Assembly: GCA_903875045.1 (NCBI GenBank)
Contig: CAIQUS010000069.1
Span: 14,083-78,082, forward strand
From: an uncultured Bacteroidales bacterium
Lineage (GTDB): Bacteria; Bacteroidota; Bacteroidia; Bacteroidales; FEN-979
Length of the DNA stretch: 64,000 bases
Reading direction: 5' to 3'
Shown: piece after piece, positions 57,517-64,000 of the stretch
How positions within the stretch are numbered: the stretch's first letter is position 1
How the letters are laid out: every line of letters begins with the position of its first letter
Made by a program: the position numbers and the translations under genes
The notes under the pieces: generated by a model
Seen by the model: the letters and a program-made list of their open reading frames with translations, nothing else
What the model was told of the DNA's origin: nothing
The model's database searches: none

Positions 57517-58917
57517 ATGTTTATGAGGATTGCTGGTGTAATATTGCTCATTTTTATTTTTCCATTGATTTCGGGTGCGCAAAAGACTGTCATTACCGGG
57601 ATTGCCCCGGGCGCTGAACGGAAAATGATCCGGATAAGTGCACCGGGAGACCTGATTACCTTCTGGGAAAAAAACCTTGCTTCTGCAAAAGTTGATTCGA
57701 CAGGGCATTTTTCCATATCTGTCAACCTTGAAAATACTACAAATACAACGATTTCCATCGATTTTCATAAGGCAGAAATGTTTCTGGAGCCTTCCAAAAC
57801 TTACAACATCAGGATTGCCCCGATGAAGTATGATGAATACACAGAGATAAATCCTTTTATTCAATCACAAAATTTAATGGTCGAAATCGTTGAAAATGAT
57901 CCCGATGAGTTGAATGCGCTGATTGGAACTTTCAATTCAATTTATTCCGGGTTCCTGGTGGAAAATTTCAATGCACTATACAAGGAACGTAAAAAGATTT
58001 TGCTCGACACTTTCCGGGTTCAGCTCAACCGGCACTTCGGTGCAGTAAAAAACACCTATTTTCTTGATTACGCATCCTATAAGATGGCCTCGCTGGAGCA
58101 ACTTACGCAATATTACAACCAGGCGCAACTTGCCAGGAAATATTTTACAGATAAGCCAGTACTTTACAACAACGTTGAGTACATGGATTTTTTCAATAGT
58201 TTTTTCTCAAAATTCATCACGGCAACGTCAAATACTATCAGGAAGACGGATTTTTCCTCCCTCCTCAGCGGGGCTGATCCCTATAAAACCATGATGAAAG
58301 CCATGACTGCCGATACCATTTTAAAAAATGAGCAATTGCGGGAACTTGTGTTGCTCAAAGGGCTCATGGAGTTGTACAATACAACCTCTTTCAATCAGGA
58401 TGAAGTGCTTGCCGTGATTAATACAGCCAGGGAGAGAACAAAATTTGCTGAGAATCGCATAGTGGCTGAAGATATGGTTCATTTCCTGACCAAACTCAAA
58501 CCAGGGACCATGGCCCCTGAATTCACGCTTCTGAACCGTGAACAAAAGCAACTTTCGCTGAAAAGTCTTCGGGGAAAGCCGGTGGTACTGTGTTTCTGGA
58601 CGACCTATTGCGAAGGGTGTCTTTCGGAGATGGACCTGATCAAGCCATTGTTTGACAAGTATCGCGAAAATATCCATTTCGTCAGTGTATCTGCGGATAA
58701 ATATTTTAGTAAAATGCTGTTTTTTATCAACCTGAAGAAAGATTATGTGTGGACCTTTGTCAACATCGGGGATCAATCGGATGTGTTAAAAGACTATGAT
58801 GTACGTACCTATCCTTTGTTCGTTTTAATTGATAAGGACGGGAAAATTTATAAATATCCATCCCGGCAACCGAGTGATGGATTGGAAGCCGATTTGCAAA
58901 AAATATTAGAACAATAA
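57517..58917 (+). CDS. TlpA/redoxin-domain protein
   Basis: Signal peptide, C-terminal APEFTL..FWTTYCEGC..YPLFVLID. Confidence 0.85.
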   Translation: MFMRIAGVILLIFIFPLISGAQKTVITGIAPGAERKMIRISAPGDLITFWEKNLASAKVDSTGHFSISVNLENTTNTTISIDFHKAEMFLEPSKTYNIRIAPMKYDEYTEINPFIQSQNLMVEIVENDPDELNALIGTFNSIYSGFLVENFNALYKERKKILLDTFRVQLNRHFGAVKNTYFLDYASYKMASLEQLTQYYNQAQLARKYFTDKPVLYNNVEYMDFFNSFFSKFITATSNTIRKTDFSSLLSGADPYKTMMKAMTADTILKNEQLRELVLLKGLMELYNTTSFNQDEVLAVINTARERTKFAENRIVAEDMVHFLTKLKPGTMAPEFTLLNREQKQLSLKSLRGKPVVLCFWTTYCEGCLSEMDLIKPLFDKYRENIHFVSVSADKYFSKMLFFINLKKDYVWTFVNIGDQSDVLKDYDVRTYPLFVLIDKDGKIYKYPSRQPSDGLEADLQKILEQ

Positions 58918-58926
58918 TACTGTCTC

Positions 58927-61900
58927 ATGTTAAGTTTTTTCAAGAAAATGCTGGGAAACAAGTCCCAGCGGGATATCAAGACCATCAATCCGATGGTCGA
59001 CAAAGCGATAGAAGCCTGGGAGGGAATAAAAAACGTATCGAACGACGAACTTCGTGCTTATACACTAGCGTTTAAACACAGGATCAGGGAACACCTTTCC
59101 GGCAAACAAAAGGAGATTGAAGATCTCAAGGAGCAACTCAATTCTGACGAAATAGAAATTGACGAAAAAGAGAAGCTTTACGGTGTTCTTGACCGCCTGG
59201 AAAAGGAATCTTATGAACTAACCCAGGAGATTTTGCTTGAAATCCTTCCGGAGGCATTTGCAGTGATGAAAGATACCGCACGACGATTCTTTGAAAATGA
59301 AATCGTTGAAGTGACAGCTACCCAATTTGATCGTGACCTTGCTGCAAAGAAAAACAATGTGGAGATTGACGGGGAGACTGCCAGGTTTCGCAATAGCTGG
59401 ATGGCCGGGGGGAACATGATTACCTGGGATATGGTTCATTATGATTGCCAGTTGATTGGAGGGGTAGTGCTCCATGAAGGTAAAATTGCCGAAATGGCTA
59501 CCGGTGAAGGGAAAACGCTGGTTGCCACTCTTCCGATGTACCTGAATGCATTGCCAGGGAAAGGCGTACATATTGTAACCGTTAACGATTATCTCGCCAA
59601 ACGTGACTCTGAATGGATGGGCCCGTTATTTGAATTTCACGGTTTGAAGGTGGAATGCATCGACCGGCATGAACCAAATTCACAGGCAAGACGCGATGCT
59701 TACCTGGCTGATATTACATACGGGACCAACAATGAATTTGGTTTTGATTACCTGCGCGACAACATGACCAGCAATCCGGAGGAACTTGTACAGCGCCCGC
59801 ATAATTATGCCATTGTTGATGAAGTTGACTCTGTGTTGATTGATGATGCGCGGACCCCTCTGATCATCTCCGGACCCACACCCAAGGGAGAAAACCAATT
59901 GTTCGATGACCTCAAGCCAAATGTCACCAAACTATACAACGCCCAACGAAATCTTGTGACCAAACTGCTATCTGAAGCAAAATCGCTTTCAGAGGATCCC
60001 AAGAATGAAGAGAATATGAAGAAGGCGGGTGAGCAATTGCTGCGCGCTCATCACGGGTTACCAAAAAACAAGGCGCTCATAAAATTTCTCAGTGAACCGG
60101 GGATGAAGGCTCTGCTGCTTAAAACAGAGAATTTTTATATGGCAGAGCAGATGAAAAACATGCATATCATCGATGATCAGCTCTATTTCGTGATCGATGA
60201 GAAAAACAATACTGTTGAATTACGTGATATGGGCATCGATTTGCTGACCCAGTCGTATGACGACCCTTCCTTTTATATCCTGCCGGATATCGGTTCGGTG
60301 ATTGCCGAAATGGAGAGGCAGAATATTTCTGATGAGATGAAACTCGAGAAGAAGGATGCAATGATGCTTGATTATTCCATTAAAACCGAACGTGTTCACA
60401 CAGTAAACCAGCTCATTAAGGCTTATGCTTTGTTTGAGAAAGACGTTGAATATGTGGTGATGGAAAACAAAGTGAAGATCGTAGATGAGCAAACCGGACG
60501 TATTCTTGAAGGCCGCCGCTATTCCGACGGGCTGCACCAGGCCATCGAAGCCAAAGAAAATGTGAAGATTGAGGCAGCCACGCAGACCTACGCAACGGTA
60601 ACTTTGCAAAACTACTTCCGTATGTATAAAAAACTCGCCGGGATGACAGGTACGGCGGAAACGGAAGCCGGAGAATTGTGGGATATTTACAAACTTGATG
60701 TGGTAGTAATCCCTACCAATAAAAAGATCGTTCGCGATGACCGTGAAGACCTCGTTTACAAGACCAAGCGTGAAAAATTCAATGCAGTTATCGACGAAAT
60801 TGAGAAGCTTGTCAAGGAAGGGCGCCCGAGTTTAGTCGGGACTACCTCCGTTGAAACTTCCGAATTATTGAGCAGGATGCTCAAGAGGAAGAATATTCCG
60901 CATAATGTGTTGAATGCCAAACTGCATGCCCGGGAAGCTGACATTGTTGCCGAGGCCGGCCGGGCCGGTACGGTTACCATTGCGACCAACATGGCCGGCC
61001 GTGGTACCGACATCAAACTTGGCCCGGGAGTGAAACAGGCAGGAGGTTTGGCCATTATTGGTACGGAGCGGCATGAATCTCGGCGGGTAGACCGTCAGTT
61101 GCGCGGACGTGCCGGGCGACAGGGAGATCCCGGCAGCTCACAATTCTTTGTTTCCCTTGATGATGACCTCATGCGCATGTTCGGTTCCGACCGGATTGCG
61201 AAAATAATGGACCGGATGGGAATCAAGGAAGGGGAGGTGATCCAGCATTCCATGATCACCAAATCCATCGAACGCGCACAGAAAAAAGTGGAAGAAAATA
61301 ACTTTGGCGTTCGTAAGCGATTACTGGAATACGATGACGTGATGAATATCCAGCGTGAAGCTATTTATAAAAAGCGTCACCATGCCCTTTTCGGAGACCG
61401 TCTGGCTGTGGATATTTCAAACATGATTTATGATGTTTGTGAAACCATTGTGCTGGATGCCCAGGAGAAACGTGACTTTCATAGCTTCAATCTCGATCTG
61501 CTTAAAGAATTTGCGGCGGACTCCCCAATTTCAGAATCGGATTTTGGATCCCTGAATGCAGATAATCTTGGTGATAAGCTCTACGAGTACATTTATAAGC
61601 GTTATAAATCCAAGTGTGACCATATTGCAAAAAAAACATATCCTGTTATCAAAGATGTTTTTGAAAATGATACCCGATATGAAAATATTGCGATTCCGGT
61701 TACCGATGGGTTAAAAACCATGCAGGCCGTTGCCAACCTGAAAAAAGCTTATGACGACAAAGGGAAAGAGGTTGTGCTCAGCATTGAGAAAGGGATTGTG
61801 CTTGGCATGATCGACAACGCATGGAAAGAGCATCTTCGCGAAATGGACGACCTGAAACAGTCTGTACAGAATGCCGCCTACGAACAAAAGGATCCGTTGC

Positions 61901-62214
61901 TTATTTATAAGTTTGAATCATTTGAACTTTTTAAGAGCATGGTTCAGCGCACAAACAAGGAGATTACCTCCTTCCTGATCAAGGCGGATGTTCCGATTCA
62001 GGTCGACAATGTGAAGGAAGCCCAGGCACCACGCAAACTCGATCGTGCGAGAATGAAAGAAGAGCGTTCTGACCTGCTGTCGCAATCAAATTCCAACACC
62101 CAGGAAAAACCTGTTCCACAGCCTGTTAAAGTGGAAAAAAAGGTGGGGCGGAATGATCCTTGTCCTTGCGGCTCGGGGAAAAAGTTTAAAAATTGTCATG
62201 GAACTGCTGAATAA
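58927..62214 (+). CDS. secA: Preprotein translocase subunit SecA
   Basis: [46 protein letters not shown]. Confidence 0.98.
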   Translation: MLSFFKKMLGNKSQRDIKTINPMVDKAIEAWEGIKNVSNDELRAYTLAFKHRIREHLSGKQKEIEDLKEQLNSDEIEIDEKEKLYGVLDRLEKESYELTQEILLEILPEAFAVMKDTARRFFENEIVEVTATQFDRDLAAKKNNVEIDGETARFRNSWMAGGNMITWDMVHYDCQLIGGVVLHEGKIAEMATGEGKTLVATLPMYLNALPGKGVHIVTVNDYLAKRDSEWMGPLFEFHGLKVECIDRHEPNSQARRDAYLADITYGTNNEFGFDYLRDNMTSNPEELVQRPHNYAIVDEVDSVLIDDARTPLIISGPTPKGENQLFDDLKPNVTKLYNAQRNLVTKLLSEAKSLSEDPKNEENMKKAGEQLLRAHHGLPKNKALIKFLSEPGMKALLLKTENFYMAEQMKNMHIIDDQLYFVIDEKNNTVELRDMGIDLLTQSYDDPSFYILPDIGSVIAEMERQNISDEMKLEKKDAMMLDYSIKTERVHTVNQLIKAYALFEKDVEYVVMENKVKIVDEQTGRILEGRRYSDGLHQAIEAKENVKIEAATQTYATVTLQNYFRMYKKLAGMTGTAETEAGELWDIYKLDVVVIPTNKKIVRDDREDLVYKTKREKFNAVIDEIEKLVKEGRPSLVGTTSVETSELLSRMLKRKNIPHNVLNAKLHAREADIVAEAGRAGTVTIATNMAGRGTDIKLGPGVKQAGGLAIIGTERHESRRVDRQLRGRAGRQGDPGSSQFFVSLDDDLMRMFGSDRIAKIMDRMGIKEGEVIQHSMITKSIERAQKKVEENNFGVRKRLLEYDDVMNIQREAIYKKRHHALFGDRLAVDISNMIYDVCETIVLDAQEKRDFHSFNLDLLKEFAADSPISESDFGSLNADNLGDKLYEYIYKRYKSKCDHIAKKTYPVIKDVFENDTRYENIAIPVTDGLKTMQAVANLKKAYDDKGKEVVLSIEKGIVLGMIDNAWKEHLREMDDLKQSVQNAAYEQKDPLLIYKFESFELFKSMVQRTNKEITSFLIKADVPIQVDNVKEAQAPRKLDRARMKEERSDLLSQSNSNTQEKPVPQPVKVEKKVGRNDPCPCGSGKKFKNCHGTAE

Positions 62215-62240
62215 CATTGCTTACATTTAATAAATAAAGT

Positions 62241-62948
62241 ATGCTAAAATTCAATCGGATTCTATTGAAGCTTTCCGGCGAAGCGCTTGAAGGCAATCAG
62301 GGTTATGGCATTGACCCTCACAGGCTGGCTGTATATGCAGCCGAAATTAAATCGGTGGCAGATGCCGGTGTTCAGGTTGCGGTGGTTATCGGAGGGGGAA
62401 ATATTTTCAGGGGATTGCAGGGCACCAGTGGCGGGATGGACCGGGTGCAGGGCGATTACATGGGAATGCTTGCCACGGTTATCAACAGCATGGCCATTCA
62501 GGCGGCACTGGAAAAAATCGGGGTACAGGTGAAACTTTTATCCGGGTTAACAATTGATCCGATCTGTGAGGCTATGAGCCGGAGGAAAGCCGTCAGCCAT
62601 TTGGAAAAAGGGGAGGTTGTTGTGATTGCTGCGGGTACAGGTAACCCTTACTTCACCACCGACAGCGCATCAGCTTTGCGTGCCATTGAAATTCAGGCAG
62701 ATGCCATACTCAAAGGGACAAGGGTTGACGGAGTTTATACTGCCGACCCTGAAAAGGATCCTTCTGCGGTTAAATATGATAAACTCAGTTTTGATGAAGC
62801 GTACCGGCAAGGGCTGAAAATCATGGATTTGACGGCTTTTACGCTATGTCGCGAGAATAACATGCCGATTGTGGTTTTCAATATGAACCAGGAAGGAAAT
62901 CTGCTCCGGCTGATCAGTGGGGAAGCTGTAGGTACGGTGGTCAGCTAA
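62241..62948 (+). CDS. pyrH: UMP kinase
   Basis: RILLKLSGEAL, GGGNIFRG, GNPYFTTD. Confidence 0.97.
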   Translation: MLKFNRILLKLSGEALEGNQGYGIDPHRLAVYAAEIKSVADAGVQVAVVIGGGNIFRGLQGTSGGMDRVQGDYMGMLATVINSMAIQAALEKIGVQVKLLSGLTIDPICEAMSRRKAVSHLEKGEVVVIAAGTGNPYFTTDSASALRAIEIQADAILKGTRVDGVYTADPEKDPSAVKYDKLSFDEAYRQGLKIMDLTAFTLCRENNMPIVVFNMNQEGNLLRLISGEAVGTVVS

Positions 62949-62951
62949 TGT

Positions 62952-63039
62952 CAATGGAGGCAATGTAAGCAATGCTAACAATGCAAGCAATGCAGACAAT
63001 GTAAACAATGTAAACAATGCAAACGATGCAGACAATGCT
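62952..63039 (+). repeat. Nonamer array (CAATGYARR)x10, purine-rich form
   Basis: caatggagg caatgtaag caatgctaa caatgcaag caatgcaga caatgtaaa x2 caatgcaaa cgatgcaga caatgct. Confidence 0.93.
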
Positions 63040-63068
63040 TGGATATTCAGTCAATCATTGATTCAGTA

Positions 63069-63112
63069 CATTTTCAAATCATCAAATCATCAAATCATCA
63101 AATTTTCAAATC
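63069..63112 (+). repeat. Octamer array (AATCATCA/AATTTTCA)x5, C-form
   Basis: cattttca aatcatca x3 aattttca aatc. Confidence 0.9.
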
Positions 63113-63119
63113 TATCCTC

Positions 63120-63683
63120 ATGAACGATGACATAGAATTTACCCTCGATGAAGCCAACGAGGGGATGCACCTGGCGGTAATTCACCTTGAGAAGGAATTA
63201 CAGAAATTACGGGCCGGGAAAGCCAGTGCCCAGATGCTTGACGGAGTAAGAATCGATTATTACGGGGTAATGACACCCATTGATCAAACAGCCAATATCA
63301 GCACCCCTGACGGCAGGCAAATCATTGTACAGCCATGGGATAAAGGTGTGCTGGGTCTGATCGACAAAGCAATCCAGGCTGCCAACCTGGGGTTTAACCC
63401 AAAAAACGAAGGAGAGATTCTCAGAATTACGGTTCCTCCCTTAACGGAAGAAAGGCGTCGGGACCTTGTTAAAAAAGCAAAGGCGGAGGCTGAAAATGCC
63501 AAAATCAGTATTCGGAACATCCGTCGTTTGGCCAATGAAACAGCCAAAAAACTGAAAAAGGATGGCGTTCCTGAAGATGAGGTTGATAAACTTGAAGTAG
63601 ATATTCAGAAAGTTACCGACGAATATATCGCAAGAGTCGATAAAATCTTCGAAATAAAAGAGAAGGACATCATGACGGTGTAA
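63120..63683 (+). CDS. frr: Ribosome recycling factor
   Basis: LRAGKAS, VQPWDK, PPLTEERR, KEKDIMTV; start reassigned to MNDDIEF. Confidence 0.96.
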   Translation: MNDDIEFTLDEANEGMHLAVIHLEKELQKLRAGKASAQMLDGVRIDYYGVMTPIDQTANISTPDGRQIIVQPWDKGVLGLIDKAIQAANLGFNPKNEGEILRITVPPLTEERRRDLVKKAKAEAENAKISIRNIRRLANETAKKLKKDGVPEDEVDKLEVDIQKVTDEYIARVDKIFEIKEKDIMTV

Positions 63684-64000
63684 TCAGAAAACCACGATTT
63701 CATCTGCAAACATCCAGCACGGTTCGCCTGCCCCTTCATGCCATGAGGGGCATTTCCCCAGGTTTTTGGCCTTTACCCTGATATATCTTGCTTTGGAGTC
63801 AGCCATAAACTGGAAATTGAATGGCTGGATAAACGACTGTTCCTCCTTTGGGGAAATGCTGTTTAATACCTCATTGAACGAATGATATTTTTTTCCATCC
63901 GATGACAAAGAGTACTCGACCATTACCGGCAGGAATATCCAGCTGCGCTGATTCTGAAGAAAATTAGCCTGGACAGAATTGATGGGCATTTCACGGCCAA
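63684..64000 (-). CDS. C-terminal discoidin-like domain of a probable glycoside hydrolase (truncated by window end)
   Basis: FLQNQRSWIFLP, ARYIRVKAKN..CPSWH.GAG..WMFADEIVV. Confidence 0.7.
   Translation of the reverse strand, partial: GREMPINSVQANFLQNQRSWIFLPVMVEYSLSSDGKKYHSFNEVLNSISPKEEQSFIQPFNFQFMADSKARYIRVKAKNLGKCPSWHEGAGEPCWMFADEIVVF

Noticed and set aside
62844-63119. ORF 62844-63035 (ALFTLFTL..) and the frr extension from 63039
   Set aside because: Translation of the nonamer and octamer arrays; frr homology begins at 63120.
1-64000. An enzyme in this window that generates the arrays (reverse transcriptase, primase-polymerase, transposase, recombinase)
   Set aside because: No ORF shows such motifs; any machinery must lie elsewhere or be lost.
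1-64000. Arrays as Chi/KOPS-type replichore motifs or as sequencing artefacts
   Set aside because: They occur on both strands in similar numbers, are degenerate, recur as families and keep reading frames inside genes; read-level confirmation is still needed.

Overview
Core-genome segment of a Bacteroidota chromosome, most likely an anaerobic Bacteroidales. The assignment rests on TAnnTTTG -7 promoters, T9SS C-terminal-domain proteins, porT, gldA/gldB and a SAM-II riboswitch before metK. It carries about 60 mostly housekeeping genes (holA, amn, rsmD, nadE, alaS, sdhCAB, nadD, gmk, rluD, ddl, rdgB, metK, rplM-rpsI-rpsB-tsf, coaD, secA, pyrH, frr). I found no rRNA, tRNA, CRISPR array, transposase or integrase. 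The unexplained signal is about 30 short degenerate tandem arrays of 7-, 8- and 9-bp units spread across the window. They show a consistent polarity: wherever two arrays share a spacer, the purine/G-rich form lies left and the complementary pyrimidine/C-rich form lies right on the + strand, whatever the orientation of the flanking genes. This is the geometry of fused telomere-like ends. The arrays also sit in frame inside nadE, alaS, gldA and an AAA ATPase, and supply the stop codons of several genes. No enzyme that could make them is encoded in the window, so the mechanism is inference. Also present are GC-rich REP-like palindromic elements and a small AT-rich island with an attC-like hairpin.
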